NCBI GenBank assembly: GCA_964187785.1
Contig: OZ076409.1
Location: 25,422,001 to 25,486,000 of the forward strand
DNA length: 64,000 nt
Reading direction: 5' to 3'
Source: Amphiscolops sp. MND2022
Taxonomy: Eukaryota
The notes beneath the pieces are model-generated. The model searched no databases and was not told the DNA's origin. It saw only the letters and a program-made list of their open reading frames with translations. This document shows, one piece after another, positions 24,830 to 36,380 of the stretch; the stretch's first letter is position 1, and each line of letters opens with the position of its first letter. The translations under genes were made by a program, and so were the position numbers.

Positions 24830-25192
24830 CAGAAGGGATTCCCCCTTTTCAATTTTTTCGGCACTATGAGTCTTTCCCGGCCCCTTTTTCGACTTTGTGA
24901 GATTTTTTTGAAATTTTTAAATGTCTCTAAAGGGTCCCCTTTTCAATTTTTTGATATTTTGCAACTGAATGGATGTTGAAAAGCCCAAAGTGTCCCCTTT
25001 TACATTTTTCGGCACTGTGAAACTGTTCAAAATTCTCATTTTTCGTTTTTTGTTCGAAAATTTTTTAATGTATCCAAAGGGTCCCTCCTTCAATTTTTTT
25101 ATACTTTGCAACAAACTGGACTTTCAAAAAGCTCAGAGGGTCCCCCTTTCACAATTTCAAAAACTTTTTGAGCCTAGACGTTCAGTCTTGTT
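24830..25192 (+). mobile_element. HINE/Helentron-like repeat, copy D (5'-truncated)
   Basis: Same internal aagggtcccc/ttttgcaac subrepeats as copy C; degenerate 3' end gagcctagacgttcagtcttgtt. Confidence 0.55.
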
Positions 25193-26177
25193 TTTTAGTT
25201 TATGGAAACTAGTATAATCTAACCCAGGAACGTTTAATTTAAATGAATGACGAACATTGACGAAACTACACCAATATGAGAAATGAATACTCGTTTCGCG
25301 ACAACCGACGATTATAGTCCTTATCTGACTTGACATTTTTCGACATTATGAAAACTTTTGGAAAGTTTTCAAAGACGTCTCTTGACCTAATTGGAATGAT
25401 TTGGGCATTTTGGAGCCTAGATTTTATAGAAATTCTGATCAGATACAAGCTACGGTTTTTTTTGTGTGTGATAGAGAAAGAATTGATGGAAATATTCATC
25501 TTTTCATGCAACAAACAGAAACGGCTGATTGTACCCTCCACCACAGTAACCGCATGAGTCATTCTGAATTGTTGAAAGTTAACAGAAGATCCGGTTTTTA
25601 GGCCGCCCTTCTGTTCGCTCAGACTGTGTCTTCCGTTGCATCGTCATCCATGAATTCCCGAAAAAATATTGTTATCAAGCTGAGAACGAATATCTACTTG
25701 CTAAAACAATGCGAGACTCATATTATATCATTATATTGTTATATATTCTACATTTATCATATTGTAATTTTACCCCGACGAACCATTGTTGGAACTCTCA
25801 CTAGTTGTGCAACAACAGTCTATGGAGCATGTGCGATCATTCGTTTTTGGTTGTTTCTATTGAGGAATTTTTTCAAATTTTTCATTTAAAGTTTCGAAAA
25901 AATTCTTTAATCAGGAATATACAGAACAATGAAAACTGGATAATACCTAGAAAACTTTCGAAAACAAAAACCTCCTATTGTAATTTAGGCCAATTTGAGA
26001 CTTTCTGCAAAATTTTTTGTAGAAAATATACAAGAAAACAACGTGCGTTGAATTCTGCTAATGAAATCAGCTACCTTCAAAAGGTTATCCCTTTTTAGAT
26101 ACAGTACCTCTGGCAATAGTACCATCTTTGGAAATAGAACGCGTGACTGGCTCTATGGTATGAAAGAGTAACGAACC

Positions 26178-26449
26178 TCAACGAGACCCGGAACATTTTT
26201 TGCAGTTACAGTTTTTTATGTTGGGCAAAACGAGTTCTGTCGATGACTCGTCATCACAAGTGACGTCACGATATACCAAGTATTTCTTTCCCGTGCAACA
26301 TTTGCAGTCCTGGTCCAGGGGCCACTTAGCAGTGTACTTGCTCTTAACTGCCACGTAGAAGTTGTCGTTGGGGAAAAACATGGCAGACGAGGGTCCACAA
26401 CTGCCCACACATCTTTGTACAGTCACGTTGCGTTCTCCACAGTAGATAC
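26178..26449 (-). CDS. Mucin last coding exon: C-terminal cystine knot (CTCK)
   Basis: YCGERNVTVQRCVGSC...DCKCC...VTCDD...IKNCNCKKCSGSR*. CxGxC, CKCC and CxC spacing typical of CTCK. Acceptor tttag at 26450-51. Confidence 0.92.
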
Positions 26450-26893
26450 CTAAATTTTCAAGAAATTAGGATTTTTAAATAACTTTTTTGTCAAAATGGC
26501 GTGAAGTACTGGAAAAAATCAAACTTTATCATTTGACTGTCACACGACAGGAATGGCTGTATGACATTTATTTGACCGAATTTACAAAAGTTCCAATATC
26601 AACCATGATCCAAACAATAGTGCCGAATCTTTCGAGACGCTGGAATGTACTGATTGAAATAATTCTACACATTCATATGAAAATCAATTTTCTCCAAAAA
26701 ATCTTAGAGCCAATCTAAATCTTTGACCATCAAAGTGCGCTCTGCAGCTTTTGCGAAACCTTTTATCGGCAAATATTGATAATCAGCCGTGACCCGGAAA
26801 ATGTTGAATGAAAACGGCAGAAATAGTGAAAAAAACGCGCTTCGATAAAAATTCGAATCAAATTTAGTAATAGGTTCAGAAAAGGGGGAAAAC

Positions 26894-27017
26894 CTCCTGG
26901 TTTGGTTATGGATAGGGTGACAGAGACGTCTTCAGACCGACATGGTTTCTTTTCACACCTTCCACAGCAATTTTGACTCAGTGCTTCACTCTCATTGGCC
27001 GGGGGAATGTAGATCTC
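26894..27017 (-). CDS. Mucin exon: end of VWC-like domain, start of CTCK
   Basis: EIYIPPANESEALSQNCCGRCEKKPCRSEDVSVTLSITKPG; acceptor ttttttaag, phase 0 in, phase 1 out. Confidence 0.85.
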
Positions 27018-27310
27018 CTTAAAAAAGCTCATAAAAATCATGTATTCATAATGTTTCTGTGAATCTCGAATTTGTTAGGATTCTTTTTTTGCTACACGGT
27101 TTGCGAAAACAAGCTCACCTCGACTAACAGAATAAACTCATTTGCAAGCCCAGATCATGAAAAACCACTACTACGCAACAATAAATCAATAATTGCCGCC
27201 CGAAAAATTGTTGGGAGATCCTTTTTATTACTGTTTCTATGTTGTCAAAAAGGAGTTTGATTTTTCATCATGCTATGCGTTCAACGTGGACAAGGGAGTG
27301 TCTTTCTTAC

Positions 27311-27551
27311 ATCATCGTTACAATGCATGGCACTGGATGGGCCCTGGTCGCATCTGAGTTCTACTCTGGTCTGATTGTCGACACAGAGGGTCTGGAAACA
27401 CTGGGTACTCTCGATGACGTCATTGTTCCGGTACTCCACCCCATCGTAGACACAGACTGCACATCTCTCAGTGTCTGAGTCACACTCTTCTTCCTGGTAC
27501 TCACTCCCGTCGCATTCCCTGCCTCCATGGTCCCCGTGCACCAAAATACAC
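27311..27551 (-). CDS. Mucin exon: end of TSP1 plus VWC-like domain
   Basis: CILVHGDHGGRECDGSEYQEEEC...CVYDGVEYRNND...QCFQTLCVD...C; acceptor ttcttgcag, donor gtaaga. Confidence 0.9.
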
Positions 27552-28189
27552 CTGCAAGAAGAAAAGTTATGTTCCCCCATTACTACGGGGTGGACGCCGA
27601 ATAAGCGCCCTTATCCCCCATAGAAAGCTATGGGACCATATTTCCAGTCAAATGTCCAAGCAAGGGTAGGTTTGAAGCTGTGACTTCAGAGTGACTTGCT
27701 CAAAATGACCTGCAACCAAAAGATAGAATTTATTACTTTTCGGTTTCGTAACAACAAATGATATGTTTTAACCGGGGATTTTAAAAAAATCTTGATAAAA
27801 AATTCATCCCCTTTTAAAACTTTTGCCCATTATGAGCTTCAATCGAAGCGCAGACTTTTAGATCCGGTTTTGTAGCGCTTAAATAGAATTATTCAAATCA
27901 AACATAGGTTTACTAAATACTAATACTTTTCTTATTCTATGTCGTAATTCAAATATCGATTTCGAAGCCTGACAACTTTTCTTCCGCAGGGTTGTCTGGG
28001 GAGGGCCATTTTTCGCAATATCTTGAAATTCTTACCGACTTTGCGTGGATCTGTTGAATGACAAATAATGCCAAATAGTTTGAACAGCAATACATGTAGT
28101 GTTACGTGTGTGAACATTCAACATTACCTAAATCTGGATCGAATACACTGGCTTACCTGAACCTGCATGCATCGGATGCTCTGGCTTAC

Positions 28190-28303
28190 CTGAACCTGGA
28201 TCGGATGCACTGGCTATCACAGGATGTCCACTCACTCCACTCGGTTGCCACACAATCCACTGGACAATCCCCCTCACAACTCAGCACACCATTCACACAA
28301 GAG
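28190..28303 (-). CDS. Mucin exon: end of post-TIL Cys module and start of second TSP1 repeat
   Basis: SCVNGVLSCEGDCPVDCVATEWSEWTSCDSQCIRSRFR; acceptor ttttcag, donor gtaagc, phase 2-2. Confidence 0.92.
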
Positions 28304-28726
28304 CTGAAAAATGTTCAAGAATAATACTTAAAATATTCATTTTTTGCAATAGTTCTCCTTTCCTCATTCTTCAACTCCAGTTGGACTGACGTTCTGTTTC
28401 GTATTGGTGAAGAATTATCTGATAGACTACGAGGTATATAAAAGTTTGATGGTATATAAAAGAAAGATGACACCAGTTTTCTCTGAGAATGAAGAAAGTT
28501 TAAATTTTCTCAATTCTCTAGGTGGACGCCGAATAAGCAGTTCTGTTTCTCTTCCCGGATCTTAGTTCACGAAGCTTCCATGCGATTCCATGCGTGGAAT
28601 CATGACGTTCTTGATTTCCATATGATTTCATGCATGGAATCGCATGGAATGGAAAAGCAAAAATTCTAAAAAGTTGAAACGAGTTTCGAATTCGACCTTA
28701 TCTTTTTCAGCAGAACAACAAGTAAG

Positions 28727-28885
28727 AGGCGAGCGGAACTAACGTCTAAGGAATAGCATCTAAATGCAAAACGGGAATAACGTCTAAAGTCAAATCATCC
28801 TCATTCTCTATTTTAAAATATTGCTTTTTGGACGTCAATCAAATACACTTTTAGACGTTATTCCTTAGACGTTTTTCGCGCCACT
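28727..28885. mobile_element. Small MITE with possible 9-bp TSD (Mutator-like)
   Basis: Inverted arms aacgtctaaggaata / tattccttagacgtt; direct repeat acaagtaag at 28718-28726 and 28886-28894. Confidence 0.55.
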
Positions 28886-28999
28886 ACAAGTAAGGCCGTT
28901 CGATATGGGAGCATTCGCGAGCTACCAGAGAGCCTCCAAATTTCCAGCATAAGTACTTCGGTTCCAGACCGTGTCCGGTATCTTCAACGAACATGTCAC

Positions 29000-29355
29000 T
29001 TTTTTTAATCGACACTTTTCTAGAGAAAAGAGTCGACTATAGTCATGGCTTTTCGTCAGTGGTTTTTAATTTTTTTTCGATACACCTGAAGTGACCAGAA
29101 TAGTTCTACCAAAAGTTATACAAAATTTTAAATTGCCCCTGTTGGCCCAGGGAACTGAACCAAAAAGGTTTCCCACGTAACATACAATACAGGACGAGAC
29201 CAAAGAGTCCCCCTTTCAATTTTTTTTTCGGCATTGTGAGACTTTTTCAAAAAAACTTTCGGGTGCTGTAGATGAGAATACTCCGACACTTTGAAGTCCT
29301 TTCGCTATTTTTGAGGCTTAGATATGGCGCCGACTTGGGCCGGTCCCGGCTTGTT
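29000..29355 (+). mobile_element. HINE/Helentron-like repeat, copy E
   Basis: 5' ttttaatcgacacttttctagagaaaagagtcgacta; 3' ttagatatggcgccgacttgggccggtcccggcttgtt. Confidence 0.75.
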
Positions 29356-31774
29356 ATTACTTTGCTTTTCTCTGTTGCGATGTTGAACAAGAGTATTTTG
29401 CACGTTCCCATCGTGGGTTCTGTCACGTGAAACATTTTCGGTTTCACTAGACCTCTCATTAGGGCAACCAAACTGCCAGGATGAGGATTTCTGTTCCAAA
29501 TATCTGCGAACTCTGTGTCCGGCATCTCCAATGAATGTTTCACTTTTTATTATTTCTAAGTTTACCGTTTGTCTGACTGATTAATTTTGTGCTCTTTTAA
29601 TTGAGATTTAATGTGCTTTTTCAAAGGGTTTTGCACAGGGCACCATATGATTCTTTCGGATTACATGCATGAAAACGTGTGGAATAGTTTGATTCCATAC
29701 AATTTTATGCCTAGAAACATGCATGGAAATGACATGAAACAATCGTATGGAATGTGGCGTTGGATCCGGGTAAGTCGTTGCCCTTTTTTGGATACTTTCG
29801 CCCCACAGCAAGCCATGGTTGCTGTCACAGCCCGCTCCAGGTTGTTATCGCATTGAACGCGATTACAATAAAATTTACTCTGATGAACTAATTAGAATGA
29901 CTTTTGTGACGTCATCAAGACAGCTATGTTAGCAATACGTTGTTATTTGGAATGATTTTTGTGACGTCATTAGTAAGAGAATTGGAATGATTGCTGAGAT
30001 TGCCGTAATCCCTCCGTCAATCGCTGCTCAGCTATAGCTAATCCTAATACACACAGAGACGTTACAGAGCGATTCTAAAATTGTAAGCTATTAAATTAGG
30101 GACTTGAACACAATTCAGTAGGACATTTCCCTAGAAATTGATGAATGGAACTTGTTTGACAAAAACTGTGTTGTAAGATAGGGCTATTGTAATTTTTCCA
30201 TTGATGAAAGGTTGGAAAAGAAGGAAGTTTCATTTTCCTATCTTATGTGAAAAAATCACTATCTTTTTTGAACTTGACATGAAAATCTTTCAGCTTGCCA
30301 TTTGTTCTAAGTTTGAAAATAAATAGAATGCAACGTAAGGGCAACGTCATATCAACGGATTTTTTCTTTTGAATGAAAATTATACTAATGTTTTCCTAGA
30401 GTGTTCAGAATTTATAGTATGAAATCGCAATAGTCAATCAATGTATTAACGTGTTTATGTTATTAACCGATGTTCTGATTGGCATTTCTAAAGTGGGAAA
30501 TTTGTTGACCGAAAAGTTTCTGCTGCATCAGTATTAATTTATTTGAATGCTTAATTAGACGTGATTGCATCGTTTTATGTTTGTACCAATAAAGATGATA
30601 ATAACTGGAATGTGTTATTCCAGCATCATTATATCCTTTTTATCAGTTTTCAGACATTTCCGTTCTTAGAATTATTGCTCCGTTTCAGTTGTGTTGTCAT
30701 TGTTGCGAGTCATACTTTTGTCTCAAATTCATAAATCCTTAGTTGGAAAGTTGACTAATTGTTCACGTCAGGGTGCCTTCATCGCTAGGAATTCAAGTAG
30801 ACTTTTATTTTGCCGCCATTTTAACAACTAAACAGGCAATGATTTTGTCTGAACAATACTGATTTCAACAAGAAGTGACGAATCAGCGACACAACTAGGA
30901 GTTTCGATACTTGAATTGAAGACGCCAGACTGGGTTTTTGTGTGAACAAACCCGTCGTTTTTAATGATACCTAGGAACTTTTAGGTGAGAAACAAATTGT
31001 GCTAGGAAAGTATAATAATGTTGGTTTTGTAAATTAAATCAGTTAGTTAGTGATCATTGTTGCACTGTTTTACACCGCTGTTAAAACGATTTTCTCTTCG
31101 AAATTTAAATTCTTTCAAACTCCTTGTTTCAACTCGTTTTCGAAAACTCGAAGTCAGAAAAGCCTGAAAATATATTCATTGCACCTACATCAACTGACAT
31201 AAAAACCAAAACGACTACTCAAAATAACACTCCGTTAGGTAGTCGTAACGGTAGCATATTTGCAGCCAAGTAGTCAAGCAGTGATTTCAAAGTGACTTGT
31301 TTAATTCCCAAAGCTCTGACAGATCGCCGTTGTTTTCGTTAATTTTTGTTTTGTTCTTTCCAGCAAATATGTTTTTTTGTCAATAACCTTGCCACTAAGC
31401 TAGACATTGAGGACTTGCATAATGTTCAAAAATGGTGAGTTGAGACTTTTTTGATGATATTCTTCATTCATTTTGGTGACATTTTGTTCCCACATTATTT
31501 GTGAATACCCTTTCTGCAAAATGTTAGCAATCTATTCAAGTGTTTCAAAATTAGAACTGGTGTTTATTGTCACTCTAAAAATTTAGAATACAGACTTTGA
31601 AATTGTTGGTTTGAATTCTTCGAAAAATTGTTTTAGTCAACGTTTTAATAATCTTTAGGAACTGTTTGAGAATCAGTTGATTTAAGTTCAGTAAATATAC
31701 ATCTATAGCTAGAATCAGACTGTTTTTGGTAATTTTCTCATCTAAACTTTAATTTTTCTCTTTGATAAAAATGG

Positions 31775-32255
31775 TTTTTTAGTCGGCGCTTTTTGAAGAA
31801 AAACGCAGACTATAGTAGTGACTTTTTTTAAAACCAACAAACTGACAGATTTTATAAATTTTATAAGTAAGCACTAACACTGCTGTCTGGCACTAACACT
31901 AAACCACACTGGCATAGAGGTTACGGCTTTTTGAGGTCTGCCAAGCGGAAGGACATGGGTTCGAGTCCCGCCCTTGACCAAATTTTTTTGTGTAGATTTT
32001 TTCGGCTTTGTGAGACTTTTTTTCGCAATTTTTTTAATATCTCCGAAGGGTCCACCCTTCATTTTTTTTCCTATTTTGCAAAAGAATGGATGTTGAAAAA
32101 CAGCCAAAGGGCCCCTTTTACATTTTTCGGTACAATGCGACTTACCAGAAACTTCAAAAAAATTCAAAAAATTTTTGGAAATTTTTTTTGGGTACTGTAG
32201 AGGAGAGTACTTGAGCCTTAGATATGGCGCCGACTTGGGCCGTTCCCGGCTTGTT
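31775..32255 (+). mobile_element. HINE/Helentron-like repeat, copy F, with tRNA-like insert
   Basis: Starts ttttttagtcggcgct, ends ggcgccgacttgggccgttcccggcttgtt; A/B-box segment at 31910-31980. Confidence 0.8.
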
Positions 32256-32327
32256 GATATGAGAAGTGGCTATAAAGAAGTTTTAATCCAGCGGTAAATT
32301 TGAAACCAAGGTCAAGTTCTGGATTAC

Positions 32328-32586
32328 CATTGTCTATCCGGACAACAGGTGGACGCATTGACACTTCCACTGGGTATGTCGACATCGCACACTGGATCAT
32401 AGCAGGAACAAGCCTCTGGCAGAACACAGGAGGCACTGCTGATGTCGAACACCATGCCCATTTGACAGGTACACCCGTAGGCACACACACTGTCATCGTC
32501 ATTGCACACCTCCGGGGAAGCAAGGGTCAAACATGTATGGCCACACTGGTTCGCACAACTGGACAAGAAAGTGTTTGCGATCACGC
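32328..32586 (-). CDS. Mucin exon: TIL (trypsin-inhibitor-like Cys-rich) domain
   Basis: SSCANQCGHTCLTL..EVC....VCAYGCTCQMGMVFD....CVLPEACSC shows TIL cysteine spacing; acceptor tttcag, donor gtaatc. Confidence 0.92.
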
Positions 32587-33049
32587 CTGAAACGAGGAGC
32601 TTGGTTCTCTTCACTTGTTTCAATAGATCCTTTTCTCAGAACCGCCTGCTGAGATGTTATTTTTGAATAGAATAGAATAGAATGATAGTTAATTTAATTG
32701 GGTATTCAAAACAGCAAGGTCAATAATGTATCTACAAAGATTTCCCAATTGGGGCGAGAAAGGAGTAGTACTGCTCTTCTTGTCCTCGCCCTAGAGAGCC
32801 AACTTTGGCACATTTATTTTATCAATTTTTTTTCGCCTGGCGTTTTTTTACAAACTCTGCCAAATCTCCACGATCTCCATCCACTTGACTATTTTATATT
32901 GTTACTTAAATATTTTAGCTACTTGAACTCAGTAACTCAACTCATCATTACTCACTACTCCACTTACCAAATCCCCATTTGCCAAGTCTCCAGTTGCCAA
33001 ATCTCCACCTGGCAGACACGAGGTCGTGGGTTCCAACCAGGACTGATGT

Positions 33050-33440
33050 TACATTTTTAGCGGAAAATATCCCGGTGCTTAGAGGGTGTCTTGTTGAGAG
33101 TGAAACGTTTTTGATATCAGGCAAAAATTGCACAGGGGCTTCGTGGCCTAATTGTGGTAAAACTTCCTTCAGCAATTCACTGAGATACAGTTCGAAATTA
33201 GCAAGAATTCCGTTGTCAAGTAGGATGTCATTGATAGGATCCAGTTTTGTTTTGAAAACGATTTCTCTCAATATTCGACGCTGCACACTTTCAATCTTTC
33301 TTAAACTAGTTTTGGCCGTGGAAACATAAATCAGTAAGCCATAACTTTTTCGCGAACGAGTGGTAATTTTGATTTCCTTTATGAAATTTATGAGCGGAAA
33401 ATGAATAATCATCGCTTTCATTCACTTGAATATGTGACAC
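33050..33440 (-). mobile_element. Non-LTR retrotransposon (LINE) RT C-terminal remnant in intron
   Basis: YGLLIYVSTAKTSLRKIESVQRRILREI...NGILANFELYLSELLK resembles the post-RT region of LINE ORF2. Confidence 0.6.
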
Positions 33441-34089
33441 TTTATCAGAGCTTGAATATTTTGTCTGATTAATTAAAGCTTCAAGCTGTCAAGTTCTTGC
33501 AATCAGGCAAAAAACATCTGATTTATTCAACATCTGATAAAGCGTGACAAATTCAAGGGAAGGAAAGTGATGATTATAAACTTCATAAATTTCATAAAGA
33601 AATTAACCAAAATTAACCTCTCATCAGGCGGCTCTTACAAAGCTTGCCATAGTCTAATTCATGCTCAAAAAAGGTTCTTTAACACAAATTATTCCTGTAA
33701 AATAGGTTCTTAGAATACGTAGTTATAAAAATGTTCTTGAAGTAAACACCCAAATTGAAAAAGTGCCAACTCCAATTCCTAGTTGGTGCATTTTATGAGA
33801 GAATGTGTCCAATTTTTACGGTGATTTTTACAGTTTTTCTCTGGATCACAGATCTCACACTAAACAAACTGAATTGAAGTCTCGCTACTTGTCTTAGTGG
33901 TTAGGATGTGTGCTTCGCAAGCAGAAGGTCGAAAAAGATCCCGGTGTTCAGATGGGTCTTGTTGCAATATCGAAACATTACAGGATTCAAGTACCAAAGA
34001 ATCCATTCTTAATGTTAGATGAATCATTTGAGAATATTTAGTTTTGCAACACTGATTTCTATTCTTAAAAACCTTATTCGGTAACTTAC

Positions 34090-34287
34090 AGTTAGCGGAA
34101 GAGATATTTGCGCAAGTAACAGCATCAACACTGCAGTCTCGGAATTCTTCGTCGGATCCAATACAGAAATCGCTGCCAATGCCGTACTGCAGAGCCTCAT
34201 TGGAACACGAACGGGTTCTGGTCTGAATGCCCAGCTGACCGCAATCGGCAAAACCACAGTTGCCCCAATCAGACCAAGGGGACCATT
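34090..34287 (-). CDS. Mucin exon: thrombospondin type-1 (TSP1) repeat
   Basis: WSPWSDWGNC...CGQLGIQTRTRSC...FCIGSDEEFRDC; acceptor tttcag, donor gtaagt, phase 1-1. Confidence 0.93.
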
Positions 34288-34865
34288 CTGAAACGGGTCG
34301 AAAAATGATGAGCTTCTCGAAATGAGGGACCGCATTGAAACTTTGTACTAGCAAAAGCGAAGCAACGAAATATGCATTCTGAGTAAGTTCAGGAATCCTA
34401 TGTTGAAATCATTCATTATTTCGGATGCTTCTTAGAATAAAATGCTTTCGCTGAGTTAAAAAAATTCTTCTCACAAGAATGTTCAAGGGAACGATAATGT
34501 TTGACATGAGAACTATTCTCGGAGGTCGTTTACATAGCAAGTGATGAACTAAGGAAAGTTCGTGTTTGAAGTATTGTACGTACAATACTTCCAACACGAA
34601 CTTTCCTGATCTTTCCTGAGCTTTTTCCAAAAATTACTTTTTCCTCATAAAGTTTTTGAAAAAAACTGGCAGACAAGAAGTGAGTACTATAACGGTTCAA
34701 GCTCATTCTCATCTCAAATCAGAGAATTGTTGTAATTGCTTGGAGCTACTCATATTTTCTTGGCCCATTCAGAATGACGTGTCTTATTTCCGAATTTATG
34801 ATCGTACTTTGAATTGAGGCCAATACGGTAGAAGGGGTTCTGTTCATGTTGTGCTAAAAACATAC

Positions 34866-35411
34866 CTGGAATAATGATATTTTCTGGAATAAGCACCACA
34901 GCTTCGCATTCACAGTTGGGGCCCATTACAGAACCGAGTGCAAACCGGTTAGACCCAACAACAGCATAAGTGACAGGTCCTTCACTTACATTTCCCGCAA
35001 TTGAGATATTATAGAACCCAAAAGAGTCAGAAGGCTGCGAATAATTGAAAACTATGCCATTCACACAAGTGTCCTCATCAACTTGTGCTGGTTCATCGGA
35101 CCCCATGTCGAGAATATCTGGTATCCCATTGGAGTCAAATGTGCGGACAGAAAACGTAGACGCTTGCAAACACTTTTCAATGCCTAAAACGAATGAGATC
35201 AATGCTTCCGCAGGCGACCCGCCGCTGTTAGGTTTAAAGGGATCCACTGAAACACGATACGAGAAAGTTGTTTCATTCAAGACATTGTCATACATATTGC
35301 CAAGATAGTCCACCGACCACTCCGCGTCACAAATGGGCACCGTCGCATTTGCTTGGTAGTCCGATGAAGAAGTAACACAGGTGTAATTTTGCGCAGGAAC
35401 TTCTTCGCATC
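34866..35411 (-). CDS. Mucin exon encoding an unassigned ~180-aa beta-rich domain
   Basis: 546-nt open phase 1-1 exon with acceptor tttttatag and donor gtatgt. GC higher than flanking introns; joins in frame to the TSP1 exon. Confidence 0.85.
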
Positions 35412-35426
35412 CTATAAAAATCATCA

Positions 35427-35971
35427 TTTTTAGTCGGCGCTTTTTGTAGAAAACGCAGACTGTAGCAGTGACTTTTCTTTTTTTAAGACCAACGAAGTGA
35501 CAGATTTTATAAGTTTTATAAGCTGACTTGCACTAACACTAACTGCCATACTACTTCTACTGGCACTTGGCATAGAGGTTAATTAGGCGTTTTTGAGGTC
35601 TGCCAAGCAGAAGGACGTGGGTTTGAGTCCCGCCCTTGGCCAATTTTTTTTGTGCAGGTTATTTCGGCTTTGTGAGACTTTTTTTCGCAAATTTTTTAAA
35701 TCTCTCCACCTTCATTTTTTTTCTATTTTGCAAAAGAATGGATGTTCAGAAACTCCCAAACAGCCCCCCTTTTACATTTTTGGGCACTATGCGACTTACC
35801 GGAGACCAAAAAAATTTCAACGAAAATTTCGAAAAAAAAATTCAATTCGGAATTTTTTTTCATATTTTTCCTCACGCGGGTACTGTAGAAGAGAATACTT
35901 GACACATTGAAGTCCTTTTGCTATTTTTGAGCTTTAGATATGGCGGTGACTTGGGCCGTTCCCGGCTTGTT
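35427..35971 (+). mobile_element. HINE/Helentron-like repeat, copy G, with tRNA-like insert
   Basis: Starts tttttagtcggcgct, ends gacttgggccgttcccggcttgtt; closely similar to copy F; 14 nt from a splice acceptor. Confidence 0.8.
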
Positions 35972-36380
35972 TTAAATGGCAAGCGAACTGCCCGATCAAA
36001 AGCGGATGAAGGTGCGTGGTACAGTCTTACGAGGCTACGAAACTCACTTTGAGAACAAACGAAAAGATTGAAAAAGCTTGATGAAAATTTGACAGGTACG
36101 GATAAAGATTTATCCGTGGAAATTTTGCCGAAAGATCATCAAACCTGTTCTGTAAGTTTTGCTAGATTCGTGAATTGTTGTCAAGACTTTGATAGGCTTT
36201 CAAAATTTTAACTTCCTTTGTCAGGGGTGGTTTTTCATCATGGTTAATGTTTGAGCAGTCAAAAAACAAGACCTGAATAAGAACAGGGTTAGAGTACGGA
36301 GAATTCATACCAAGATGGAAACATTAAAACCAAGGATTCGAAAAAAAACAAGACACAGACCAAAAACGTTTATACCTGAC

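Larger units (their letters stand above)
28554..29770. mobile_element. Putative TIR element (cccggatc...gatccggg, internal ccatg/catgg subrepeats) interrupted by nested insertions
   Basis: 8-bp terminal inverted match; subterminal ttccatgcgatt/aatcgtatggaa; related subrepeats at 28575-28650 and 29640-29755. Confidence 0.45.

Noticed and set aside
23950..25217. Cluster of F/K-rich ORFs (also 31874-32200, 35593-35910)
   Set aside because: Chance ORFs within the HINE-like repeats; not conserved in frame between copies.
27589..28538. 18-nt direct repeat ggtggacgccgaataagc on both sides of the TSP1 exon (27589-27606, 28521-28538)
   Set aside because: Probably fragments of a dispersed repeat end; no further shared sequence or structure visible.
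30200..31500. Possible ancient LINE remnant in mucin intron (also 5000-6150 and 23450-23780)
   Set aside because: Only faint impressions with no convincing translatable motif; needs TBLASTN or RepeatMasker.
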